Shown: positions 41,986 through 51,105 of the stretch, one piece after another | Numbering within the stretch: position 1 is the stretch's first letter | How the letters are laid out: each line of letters starts with the position of its first letter | Origin: Candidatus Woesearchaeota archaeon | Lineage (GTDB): Archaea; Nanobdellota; Nanobdellia; Woesearchaeales; JASKKU01 | Direction: 5' to 3' | Length of the DNA stretch: 64,000 nt | Assembly (NCBI GenBank): GCA_030154045.1 | Contig: JASKKU010000001.1 | Coordinates: forward strand, 1,025 to 65,024 | Notes under the pieces: model-generated | Databases searched by the model: none | What the model was told of the DNA's origin: nothing | Seen by the model: the letters and a program-made list of their open reading frames with translations, nothing else | Position numbers and translations under genes: made by a program

Positions 41986-42420
41986 TTAGGTTATATTGGG
42001 CAGAGATGAACAGTGAGTGGCATGATTGCTGTGACTCGCATGGGTAGCGTGAGTGCCATGGGTAGCATGAGTACTATGACTACCATGACTGCCATGAGTA
42101 GCATGAGTAGCGTGGCTGCTGTGGCTTGAGTGAGTACCGTGAGTAGCATGACTGCTGTGGCTACCGTGAGCAAGATGGCTGGCATGACTAGAATGACTGC
42201 CGTGAGTTTGATGAGAAAAATGACTAGAATGACTAGAATGACTAGAATGACTACTATGACTACTATGACTACCATGCGCCACTGCTAATTTTGAAGTTAT
42301 AATAGAACTTACAGCAAAAGAAGTAAAGAATACTCCAGCACTAATTAAAGAATGCTTATTACTCAACCCTTCTTCACTTTTTATGAAATACATTATCCTC
42401 TTTTTAAACTTTGGAAACAT
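41986..42420 (-). CDS. His-Xaa-Ser/Thr tripeptide-repeat protein 2 (paralog): same conserved N-terminus, 30 repeats, short SLPNIT tail
   Basis: N-terminus MFPKFKKRIMYFIKSEEGLSNKHSL is nearly identical to gene 1 at both protein and DNA level; aa 49-138 are HGS/HSS/HAT... tripeptides; 2-nt spacing to gene 1 and 9 nt to the upstream radical-SAM gene. Confidence 0.8.
   Translation of the reverse strand: MFPKFKKRIMYFIKSEEGLSNKHSLISAGVFFTSFAVSSIITSKLAVAHGSHSSHSSHSSHSSHSSHFSHQTHGSHSSHASHLAHGSHSSHATHGTHSSHSSHATHATHGSHGSHSTHATHGTHATHASHSNHATHCSSLPNIT
42007..42276. repeat. tandem 9-bp-unit DNA repeats encoding the tripeptide array of gene 2
   Basis: catgac/tagtcat-type 9-mers repeated; the antisense ORF 41991..42275 is an artefact. 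Confidence 0.8.
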
Positions 42421-42428
42421 GCAAACAC

Positions 42429-43931
42429 CTATTTTACAGGCTTAAGTTCATCATCACCAAAAATCTTAAGATATTCTCTATGCACGCCTTCACAAATATC
42501 AAAATACTTACATTCTCTACATTTTAAAGTTTTTGCTTTTAAATTATTCTTGCGAGTTGTGTTATACTCCTTATCCAATCCATCAGGATTGGCCATAAAT
42601 CTTTTTTCAGCCATATGTAATTCAACCACATGATTTTCATAACCCTGCATATAACACAAAGGAATTGCTTCAACATTTAACATATAATTATTCTCAATTG
42701 CTAAATCCAGAGCTTGATGAACATATGGAACAACATCTCTAATTCTTGGAATTAAAAGGTCAACATGTTTCAACGCATTACCTTCTGGACTAATAAACAT
42801 AAATTCAGAAAACATTCTCGGTAAATCTTTGTTTAAATTAATAAGGAACCTTACAATATCTGTAAGATGCTTATAATTAAGCTTGTTAATAACAGTAATT
42901 GTAGTATAAAGCACCTCAGGATACTTTTTCGCGTTTTCAAAAGCTTTCATTAATTGCTTGTAGTTGCCTTTAACGCTGGAAAGAGTATCTACAATCTTTT
43001 CATCAACATCGTCAAATGAAAAAGCTATATGATTCGCTCCGGATTCAACAAGTTTATCAAAAAAAGGTTGATAAGACAGCATGCGACCATTTGTAATAAC
43101 CTGCACTTCATAATAACCCATATCTCTAGCTGCCCTCGTTATGAAAAAGATATCCTTTCTTATCGTTGGCTCGCCACCTGTAAAGCTTACTTTCATTGCT
43201 CCAGCCTTCCTTCCGATAAACAAATCATTTAATATATCTTTTGTTGATTTTAATTTCTCTCCAAGATGACCTACGCAACAATACAAACAATTGTTGTTGC
43301 ATAAATAACCAGTTCTTATATCTATCCTAGGCATCTCTTTTCCAGAATTAGGAATCTTCTTCAAATCATAATACTTCTTATAATAAATGTAAAACCCTTT
43401 ACAAAATTTCTTTAGTTCACAACCATTGCATTTTTCTAAGTAAATGTGTTCTTTACCAGGATCATTATCAGAATCAAATTGTCCCTCCCTATTAATGAAC
43501 TTCTGATCAAATTCGTAGTTTCTCGCTTTTAAATCTGAGACATACTTAAAGAATTTCTTATCAATAAAACAGAGAGGAACCCCATCAACTCTAACCTCAA
43601 AACCCTTAGAATCACAAAACTCTAAAGTCTTATTCAAAACGTCTTGAAAAAGTTCAAGAGGAGTAGCTAACGGAACAACCTCATCAATATTTTGTGAGAA
43701 GCGAACAAGATTTGTTATCTGTAAATAAAAGTTATCAGATATTGAAAAAACTCTTCTAGCAACATCAAACAGTTCAGAATAATTCAAACTGTTCACAACA
43801 AAAACAACCCCGGTTTTAATTTTGGTCTTAGCGAGAGCCTCCAAAGCATCAAACTTCTTCTCTAACAATTCAACAGAGGATTTTGATAAAAACGAAAACA
43901 GGAACTTATCCCGGGTAGGAACATGAACCAA
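42429..43931 (-). CDS. two-module radical-SAM protein: N-terminal degenerate half-domain fused to a complete radical-SAM/twitch-like module
   Basis: Module 1 has PLCFID and CNGCELKKFCKG but no CxxxCxxC. Module 2 has CNNNCLYCC, GGEPT, IPLCYMQGY, CRECKYFDICEG and the tail LKIFGDDELKPVK. Confidence 0.8.
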   Translation of the reverse strand: MVHVPTRDKFLFSFLSKSSVELLEKKFDALEALAKTKIKTGVVFVVNSLNYSELFDVARRVFSISDNFYLQITNLVRFSQNIDEVVPLATPLELFQDVLNKTLEFCDSKGFEVRVDGVPLCFIDKKFFKYVSDLKARNYEFDQKFINREGQFDSDNDPGKEHIYLEKCNGCELKKFCKGFYIYYKKYYDLKKIPNSGKEMPRIDIRTGYLCNNNCLYCCVGHLGEKLKSTKDILNDLFIGRKAGAMKVSFTGGEPTIRKDIFFITRAARDMGYYEVQVITNGRMLSYQPFFDKLVESGANHIAFSFDDVDEKIVDTLSSVKGNYKQLMKAFENAKKYPEVLYTTITVINKLNYKHLTDIVRFLINLNKDLPRMFSEFMFISPEGNALKHVDLLIPRIRDVVPYVHQALDLAIENNYMLNVEAIPLCYMQGYENHVVELHMAEKRFMANPDGLDKEYNTTRKNNLKAKTLKCRECKYFDICEGVHREYLKIFGDDELKPVK

Positions 43932-44212
43932 AAGAGAGTCTAAGCCTGCAGATTCCAGTTTTTTCGCAACCTCTTCCGTAATTAAAGTGCCGTTTGTTTG
44001 AAGATGAACCTTAGCTTTTTTCTTGGCTTCTTTAATAACTTCAAAGATATCTGGCCTAAGCAGAGGTTCTCCCCCTGTAATTATAATCTGTTCAACTGAA
44101 TCGAAAGAATTTATTTTTTCAACTAAGTCTTCAAAAGAAGGTTCTCTTAACCCCCTCTTACGAGTACAATAAATACAATTTTGGTTGCAATCACTCGTTA
44201 CCTGTAATAAAC

Positions 44213-45232
44213 CTATTTTAATTCTCTCACCTCTGAATAAACTTCAAGATATTGTTTCCAAAAACCAGGGCATTTGTTCTTAAAAGGACAAACTTTGCAT
44301 TTTTTAACCCTTTCCCTAAACTGATTTAAGGTATAAAGCATATTCTTCTCAGGCTTTGAAAGATAGCATAAGGGAATGTTCTTTGTAAAAACCTTGTTCT
44401 GCTTATCAAACTCAAAACACTTATAAAAGTACTCCTTTAAATCTTCAAACTTTGGTGCAAGTATAGAATATCTTAATTGAGCATCACCGCCAGGCTCAAC
44501 ATAACTTAACTGAATCTCATCCACAAGATTATAAAAAAGTTTTACCATCTCAAAGATTTCTTCAAAATTCTGTTTTAAGATCACAAAGTTTATTTTAAGA
44601 ATTAAATCATCGTATTTTAAATCGTAGAGGTTCTTTAAACCTTGTACGGCTTGTTTAAAACTCCGAGGAGTTCGAGTAATTGCATCATGAGTTCTTTCAT
44701 TAGAACCAAGAATAGTAAAAGCGATCATCAAAGGCAACTTCAATTCAACAAGCCTTTTAGCAAACTCTTTGTAAGCAAACATACGACCGTTTGTTGGGAA
44801 GAAGATAGGAAAGTTGTACTTTTTAAGATGTTCAAGAATTTGAAAAATATCTCTACGCAAAGTAGGCTCTGCACCGTGTAAAACTATTAGTTTTTCTTTT
44901 CCAGTTAACAAAGAATCAAAGCTTGAAATAATCTCTTCAAAACTCGGGTCATCAACTTTGTTCCTAGATGATTCAAAACACATAATGCAATTATTATTGC
45001 ATTTTTTTGTTATAAAGAACTTCTTTATACCTGAAAGATTCAAATTAATTGCGCCAGGTTCACAAACATTAACGCACTTCATACAGCCTAAACAAATGTC
45101 TGCATCAGGAGCAAACACCTTGCCGTTTTCAAATTTAAACAGTTGTTGTGGGCAGACATCAATACATTTTAAACATGAATTACACTTTTTTTCGTCCACT
45201 TCAATCCGTGAAAGAGAATTTATTGCTTTCAT
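44213..45232 (-). CDS. 2x[4Fe-4S] ferredoxin domain fused to a radical-SAM/twitch-like enzyme
   Basis: N-terminal CNSCLKCIDVCP and CLGCMKCVNVCEP; radical-SAM CNNNCIMC, GAEPT, IPLCYLS, C-terminal CKVCPFKNKCPGFW. Confidence 0.8.
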   Translation of the reverse strand: MKAINSLSRIEVDEKKCNSCLKCIDVCPQQLFKFENGKVFAPDADICLGCMKCVNVCEPGAINLNLSGIKKFFITKKCNNNCIMCFESSRNKVDDPSFEEIISSFDSLLTGKEKLIVLHGAEPTLRRDIFQILEHLKKYNFPIFFPTNGRMFAYKEFAKRLVELKLPLMIAFTILGSNERTHDAITRTPRSFKQAVQGLKNLYDLKYDDLILKINFVILKQNFEEIFEMVKLFYNLVDEIQLSYVEPGGDAQLRYSILAPKFEDLKEYFYKCFEFDKQNKVFTKNIPLCYLSKPEKNMLYTLNQFRERVKKCKVCPFKNKCPGFWKQYLEVYSEVRELK

Positions 45233-46098
45233 TTTTTAACATCTTTAACAGGTTTAAAGTCTGAATAATTTTTGAATATCAAAAGATTTTGTTTATAGTA
45301 ACCATTACAATTCTGCTTTAAAACACAGGAATTGCATTCTGACAACGGGAAAACATACCTATCATCATGAATAAAGTCTTCTCCAATAACGTGCTTTCTA
45401 AATTCATCTTCAAAAATACACGGGGGTATATTAAAAACAAAAACACGATCATCAACTAAAGCATCTTCTATATGGGGTTTAATTTGTGAGAGAGAAACAT
45501 AAATCAGATCTTTATTATTAAGACTTCTATTCAAGTAGAGAGGATAATCTAAATAAACATTTTTCGTGGGAAAAAAATTCCTAAGAAACAATACTGTTTC
45601 CTTGAGTTGTTTATAATTTTGCTTAAGAATAACAATCATAAAATAAATATTCAAATCAGCTTCTTTTATAAATTCTAAAGCCTTAACAACTTGATAAAAA
45701 CTACCTTTAACCTTTGTGATTTCATCAAACGTTTCAGGATCTTTTGAATGAAAAGTTGTTCTGATTATATCAATATGTTCTTTGACTTTTTCAAAAAACG
45801 GCTTAACCGAAAGCATTCTGATATTTGACTGCAAACTAATTCGTGTATTCGGATAATTTCTTCGTAAAAATTTCAGGAAATCCAAGAAATAAGGCACTAT
45901 TGTTGGTTCTCCACCGGTTATTTGTATCTCCACAGCAGATTTTGGAATTTGTTTTAAAACCTCTTTTTTTACAAAGGAATATTCAAAAAAAGGTTCATAA
46001 TTTGTTTCAGTATGACAATAAACGCAATGATTATTGCATTTTGTTGTTAAGATAATTGCAAACTTGTTTCCAATAGACTTATGGATCTCAAAAGGCAT
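45229..46098 (-). CDS. radical-SAM/twitch-like enzyme (paralog)
   Basis: CNNHCVYC, GGEPT, IPPCIFED, C-terminal CNSCVLKQNCNGYY; 4-nt overlap with the downstream gene. Confidence 0.8.
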   Translation of the reverse strand: MPFEIHKSIGNKFAIILTTKCNNHCVYCHTETNYEPFFEYSFVKKEVLKQIPKSAVEIQITGGEPTIVPYFLDFLKFLRRNYPNTRISLQSNIRMLSVKPFFEKVKEHIDIIRTTFHSKDPETFDEITKVKGSFYQVVKALEFIKEADLNIYFMIVILKQNYKQLKETVLFLRNFFPTKNVYLDYPLYLNRSLNNKDLIYVSLSQIKPHIEDALVDDRVFVFNIPPCIFEDEFRKHVIGEDFIHDDRYVFPLSECNSCVLKQNCNGYYKQNLLIFKNYSDFKPVKDVKK

Positions 46099-46219
46099 GC
46101 TTTTAATAAAAGAAAGTTGTTTTTATATATCTTATTATTTTTGTGAAATCACTAATTTAACATCAAAGCATTAAAATAAAAAAAGCTTATAAAAACCTAA
46201 GTGTTATCTAATAGCTAGA

Positions 46220-46783
46220 GTGAACAAACTTTTATTTCAACTAATCTTGTATTTTATAATTTACTTATGTGGATCTTTTCCATCAGCTTATGTTGTAACA
46301 AAAATTTTTGCAAAAAAAGACATTCTAAAAATTGGTTCTGGTAATGTCGGGGCGCGAAATGTTTACGAGAATGTTAGTAAAAAATTAGGAATTATCACCT
46401 TTGCCTTAGACTTCAGCAAAGCAGTTGTAGCTTTTATTATATACTCAAAATACAATCTGTTTTTCACCTTGTCTCTATTAATGCTGGTCTTGGGACATAA
46501 TTTCTCGATCTATTTGAAATTTAAAGGAGGCAAAGGACTCGCGAGTACACTTACGTTCTTATTACTAAAAAATCCACTTCTCGCTATTTTTTCTATAATA
46601 ATCTATCTCATCACAAACAAAACTATCAAAAATATGGCTCTAAGCGTAATGTTGACAATTGCTCTATTATTAATTTTAACCAACATTTTTATTGAAAGAG
46701 ATATATTTATAAGCCTACTCCTTTGGATGGCTCTAACAATAAAATGGCTCCCGAACAAGAGGAACTTAGCAAACAAGAACTAA
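46220..46783 (+). CDS. plsY: PlsY-family acyl-phosphate:glycerol-3-phosphate acyltransferase
   Basis: YLCGSFPSA, GSGNVGARNV and LGHNFSIYLKFKGGKGLAS match the PlsY signatures YLxGSIxSA, GSGNPGATNV, LGHxxPxFxxFKGGKGVAT. Confidence 0.75.
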   Translation: MNKLLFQLILYFIIYLCGSFPSAYVVTKIFAKKDILKIGSGNVGARNVYENVSKKLGIITFALDFSKAVVAFIIYSKYNLFFTLSLLMLVLGHNFSIYLKFKGGKGLASTLTFLLLKNPLLAIFSIIIYLITNKTIKNMALSVMLTIALLLILTNIFIERDIFISLLLWMALTIKWLPNKRNLANKN

Positions 46784-47925
46784 TTAATAAGATCAAAGCA
46801 ATTATACCTGAATTCAAAGAGTATGTTAACTTAATAAATAGTATTAATGTATTTCCAATAGCTGACAAAGATACAGGCACGAACATTTATCTCACTCTCA
46901 AAAAATTTCTAGAATTAAATCGCTTTGAAGGTTTCGGAAATTCAGGCAATATTCTTGAGATCTTTGGGAACTCTCTCTTAAACAATCTTGGAGAAAAATT
47001 TACAATAAAACAGTTAACATCCGCAATTAAATCAGCTATATCTGAAGTTGAAAAATCTATTTTAAACCTTAAAGAGGGAACAATCTATACTGCTATGAAA
47101 AGACTATACGCTTCTTTAATTCAAAACAAAAACTTAAACGAAATAATCATAGGCTTATATCAACAAGTATTAGAAAGTAAAGAATATATGAAAGATTACA
47201 CTAACCAAGATGTTGTTGATTCTGGTGCTTTAGGATTTCTTATTTTTCTATGGTTGTTTAACAACAAAAAACCAGAGATAAACTTTAAAGATTTACAAAA
47301 ACCAATTGACAAAAAAGATTTCGAAGTTTATTGTATAAACATAACTTGTACTGATTATGAAGAAGAAAAGATAAAGACTCTTGATTCGGTAATTATTCAC
47401 AAGACACATAATGAGTATAAAATTCACTTTCATTCTCCCGATCTAAAATCAGCTCTTGAATTTAATAATCCAAAAATATTAAAAATAACTTTGCCAGAGA
47501 GTAATCAAAAAAAGACAAAAATATGTTATTTTTGTGAAAATGAAGAGGAAAAAGAGTTCTTTAGTAATTTGGGCTTAGAAACCGTAAGTTCAATTGAAGA
47601 AATAATTCTAAAAACAAACCCTTTACAAACCTTATATATAATCCCTGAAAGAAAAAAAGAGATTTTAGACTTGATCAATTTAGATGCAATAATTATTCAA
47701 AAAAGTGAAGAAGTATTAGCCTTATTAGAGGTTATCAGTTTAAAAACAGAATTTGACAAAGATGAGATAAATAACAAATTAAAAAAATATGCTTTAGTTG
47801 AAAATCCAAGTGAAGAACATGAAGTTATTTTCAAAATAAGTCGAAAAGTTAAAGAGGATTCTGTTTATTTCCCTTTCTTACATTGCAAAGAAAAGTTTTT
47901 GGTCAAAAAGAAAGATGTCTCATAG
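46723..47925 (+). CDS. DAK2-domain protein (fatty-acid kinase FakA-like / DhaL-like)
   Basis: INVFPIADKDTGTNIYLTL and FGNSGNILEIFGNS match the DAK2 signatures NVYPVPDGDTGTNM and RGNSGVILSQ; the start may be the second Met (MAPEQ, ~46744). Confidence 0.6.
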   Translation: MDGSNNKMAPEQEELSKQELINKIKAIIPEFKEYVNLINSINVFPIADKDTGTNIYLTLKKFLELNRFEGFGNSGNILEIFGNSLLNNLGEKFTIKQLTSAIKSAISEVEKSILNLKEGTIYTAMKRLYASLIQNKNLNEIIIGLYQQVLESKEYMKDYTNQDVVDSGALGFLIFLWLFNNKKPEINFKDLQKPIDKKDFEVYCINITCTDYEEEKIKTLDSVIIHKTHNEYKIHFHSPDLKSALEFNNPKILKITLPESNQKKTKICYFCENEEEKEFFSNLGLETVSSIEEIILKTNPLQTLYIIPERKKEILDLINLDAIIIQKSEEVLALLEVISLKTEFDKDEINNKLKKYALVENPSEEHEVIFKISRKVKEDSVYFPFLHCKEKFLVKKKDVS

Positions 47926-48988
47926 ATTTAAAAAATAAATAAAGAATAAAAAACAAGAAAGTAAAGATTAAAAAAGATTTTACATATTTAAGAATATAAG
48001 ACACCAGAGAAACATCTTCAAAAGCCTTAGAAAAAATATAAGCCTTAGAAAAATTTCCACCAGGATACTGAGAATATATCCTTTCGGCATATATATAGAA
48101 AAGTTGCCTTTTGGAAAACAGATCACTAAAAAAAATTTTAGAGATCTTTATTAAAGGCAAGATTCTGAAATCTTTAGAATAAATATAAAGCCAGCGAATA
48201 TTTAATTTAGCTTTTTCATAACAGTTATCTTTAAGTTGTTTGGGTACTTTAATCCCTAAAAGATTTTCTAAACGATAAATCTTAAAAGAGCAATCATAAA
48301 AATCATCATGAACCAAAAAGAATTCTAAATGTGAAGAAATATTTTTAAGAAGTGAATCTTTAAAGCTACAGTTAATCAAACTACAATAATAGGCAAAGTG
48401 TACATTTGAAACGAAATCAAAATTATGGGGTGTAGAAATATTCTTTTCAAAAACTTCAAAAAGACCGTATGTTTTATTTAAATTAAAAGAATCAATAAAA
48501 TTTGCATTAAAATTAAAGTCAGAAAAATTGTGTTTGAGATCCTGAAAAATAAAAGTATATGTTAAAGCTGTGTCATCTAAATCAGCGCCATATAATGAAT
48601 AAAGAGGAGTATAAGTGAAAGCAATTGGAATATTATCTTGCTTTAGATTGATTCTTAATTTTAAATAATTAAAAAGCGCTTCTTTAAAAGACTGAGGCAT
48701 AATGTTTTTAAATTCTCCGATAGAGCAGATTAAAGGAAAGAAAATATTCTCATCGAGATATTTATATGAATCCGTAAACTCTGATCTAGAAAGATAAGCA
48801 TTCTCAAGTTTTGAAATTGATAATGTTGATTGCTTTGAAGCATACGTTCTCAAAAAGAATCCATCAATAACCTCAGATTTAAACTCTTGATAAAAATAAA
48901 AAAACTGAACTAAGAAAAAAAGAGTGAGAACTAAAAAGAAAACGAACAAAAAACAAGAGCTCCTTTCTAATAACTTTAGTTTATTCAT
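47903..48988 (-). CDS. N-terminally anchored membrane protein of unknown function
   Basis: TM FLFVFFLVLTLFFLVQFFYF then an Asn/Phe/Tyr-rich domain. Confidence 0.3.
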   Translation of the reverse strand: MNKLKLLERSSCFLFVFFLVLTLFFLVQFFYFYQEFKSEVIDGFFLRTYASKQSTLSISKLENAYLSRSEFTDSYKYLDENIFFPLICSIGEFKNIMPQSFKEALFNYLKLRINLKQDNIPIAFTYTPLYSLYGADLDDTALTYTFIFQDLKHNFSDFNFNANFIDSFNLNKTYGLFEVFEKNISTPHNFDFVSNVHFAYYCSLINCSFKDSLLKNISSHLEFFLVHDDFYDCSFKIYRLENLLGIKVPKQLKDNCYEKAKLNIRWLYIYSKDFRILPLIKISKIFFSDLFSKRQLFYIYAERIYSQYPGGNFSKAYIFSKAFEDVSLVSYILKYVKSFLIFTFLFFILYLFFKSMRHLSF

Positions 48989-49844
48989 CTTTATGAACTA
49001 CAATCCCAAAAACATCGGGTCCAAAATGAGATGTAGGCACAAGATTTGTCTTAAAATGATATAAGAAATTTGACTTTGAACCAAAATACGCAAAAATCTG
49101 CTGGTTCAAATTGTTTGCAAGACTCTCACTTTCCACAGAACCCGACAGAAGACCATATGTAAAAGATGAATCTAAGACAAAATTTTTAATATGCTTCTTT
49201 AATTTAAGATAAACGTTTCTTAAACCTACTGCTTTATCAACAACTACAGGTACACCATTTTCTTGAGAACCTATCGGATAAACATTTAACAGTTTTCCAA
49301 ATAATCCTTGAACAGGTTTTAGCCTTCCACCTCTAACCAAGTATGAAAGATCATATACAACATAGTAAAATTTCAAATTTTTCTTTACTTTTAACAAAAA
49401 ATGGTTTATTTGATCAAAAGACCAAGAATTAAAATCTTGTTTTGATAAAAGCAAAGCTTGAATTCCTAACTCTGCAGATGTTGAACCAGAATCAAATAAT
49501 AATGATTTTGAAGATAGAAGATTATCAGATTCAATTAAAGTTTTACAAAGATTATAAATTCCGCTTATTTTCTGACTACTCGTTATAAATATAAACCTAT
49601 CAAATCCTTTTGAAATCACATCAAAAACAGTTTTTTTAACTTCATTTAATGTGGGTACCGAAGTCTTTGGAAAATCCTTTGAACTTTTTACTAAGGAGAT
49701 ATATTCTTCTCTAGTAATATTTTGATTAAGAACAAAGTCTCTGCCATCGATCATCGCATGAAACTTTATTAAGAAAATATCTCGTTTATTAGCATACTGC
49801 TCATCAATATCACTTGCGGAATCTACAAAAATTGCTGTTTTCAT
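48981..49844 (-). CDS. DegV-family fatty-acid-binding protein (FakB-like)
   Basis: MKTAIFVDSASD, PKTSVPTLNEV, SSQKISGIYN match DegV/FakB signatures (MKIAVMTDSTS, PTTSQPAIGE, SSGISGSY). Confidence 0.65.
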   Translation of the reverse strand: MKTAIFVDSASDIDEQYANKRDIFLIKFHAMIDGRDFVLNQNITREEYISLVKSSKDFPKTSVPTLNEVKKTVFDVISKGFDRFIFITSSQKISGIYNLCKTLIESDNLLSSKSLLFDSGSTSAELGIQALLLSKQDFNSWSFDQINHFLLKVKKNLKFYYVVYDLSYLVRGGRLKPVQGLFGKLLNVYPIGSQENGVPVVVDKAVGLRNVYLKLKKHIKNFVLDSSFTYGLLSGSVESESLANNLNQQIFAYFGSKSNFLYHFKTNLVPTSHFGPDVFGIVVHKDE

Positions 49845-49881
49845 AATAAAAACAAAGTAATATTTAAAAAGTATTTAATCT

Positions 49882-51105
49882 TTGTGGTTTCCAATGAAAG
49901 TAAAGACTCTTACATTGTTAATAATCTCAGTATATAGTGTAGCACTACTGAGTCAAACTTTGGAACTGTTACCATTTACAATCTTTTTTCTTTCACTCAT
50001 TGCAATAAAAAGAAAAGCCAACCTCGATAAGCTTATAGTGTCTCTAACATTACCTCTAATATATTTCTTCCCATTCAATCTCTGGGTTGATATGAAATTA
50101 AGTTGGTATCTAATTCCTGTACTATTAAGCGCATTAATTTTAGTCCTATTCTTTAAAATTTCTGAGAAAATAATTTATATTTTTAAAAATTATAAGAAGG
50201 ATCCTCTGTTTCTATCAATAATCCTTTCCTTGACTTGGGTTGGCCTTTTATATTTAACTTATAAGATTTTAGGAACCGAACCAACTTGGATGTTTTTCTC
50301 ATATCGATGGTTTAAATCAAATTTAGCGCAGCTAAATATATACTCTTTTGAATCAATCGTCTTTTTCACAATATCCTATTTCTCAATTTCGTTAACCGAA
50401 AAAACAAATTCTGAAAAAAAGAGATGGGTACACATAAGTCTCTCTACTATCTTAATAATCATACTTTTACTCAGTTTTCTCAAACCAATAAAAATAGAGC
50501 ATCCGCAAAAAGCATTGTTGATAAACTTAAATCTAGATTTTTCTTATACACATAGAGTTGAAAACCAAAAAGAGATCTTGTATAAATATATCGAAGCAAT
50601 CAAAAATTCTACTTCAAAAGTTGATTTCATAATCTTACCAGAGTATGTAATCGTCACAGATTGGCGAAAAGAACCAAAAATCATTGAGTTATTCAAAAAC
50701 ACCTCTTCTGAATTAAACACACCCATTCTCGTAGGTTCAAAAGAAGATATAAACACAACGCATTTTTATAATGTGGCTGTGATCTTTGACAAGAATAAAA
50801 GTTATTCTGTAAGAGATGTATTCCCTATGAGTTTGTCTAAAAACACTGTTAAAGGTAACAGGCTTCCGACAATTGATTTAAAAAATAACTCTTATGCCAT
50901 TTTACTTTGTTTTTCAACAACACAGTCTAGATTTTGGAAAGAAATTAAAGAAAACCCTAAAATAGACGGAGTGTTGATTTTAGCAAATGAACAAGCATTA
51001 CATTGGTTCCTAAAAAAAGACGTATATTATCTAATCAGATATTTTGAAATATATTCTAAAAAGCCAATTTATAAAGCAGTAAACAACGGGATCACTTATC
51101 CATAA
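49882..51105 (+). CDS. polytopic membrane protein with a C-terminal CN-hydrolase-like domain (apolipoprotein N-acyltransferase Lnt-like?)
   Basis: About 6 TM helices, then IILPEY (Glu), KNKSYSVRDVFP (Lys), AILLCFS (Cys) in Lnt-like order. Confidence 0.35.
   Translation: MWFPMKVKTLTLLIISVYSVALLSQTLELLPFTIFFLSLIAIKRKANLDKLIVSLTLPLIYFFPFNLWVDMKLSWYLIPVLLSALILVLFFKISEKIIYIFKNYKKDPLFLSIILSLTWVGLLYLTYKILGTEPTWMFFSYRWFKSNLAQLNIYSFESIVFFTISYFSISLTEKTNSEKKRWVHISLSTILIIILLLSFLKPIKIEHPQKALLINLNLDFSYTHRVENQKEILYKYIEAIKNSTSKVDFIILPEYVIVTDWRKEPKIIELFKNTSSELNTPILVGSKEDINTTHFYNVAVIFDKNKSYSVRDVFPMSLSKNTVKGNRLPTIDLKNNSYAILLCFSTTQSRFWKEIKENPKIDGVLILANEQALHWFLKKDVYYLIRYFEIYSKKPIYKAVNNGITYP

Noticed and set aside
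41465-42276. His-rich arrays as a trivial low-complexity/assembly artefact or a simple Hpn-like nickel-storage protein
   Set aside because: Both genes have a strict 3-residue periodicity, intact frames, a shared conserved N-terminus and defined C-termini, and sit in operonic contact with radical-SAM genes. That argues for genuine genes that are substrates of the cluster. Metal binding remains a compatible secondary function, noted in the findings.
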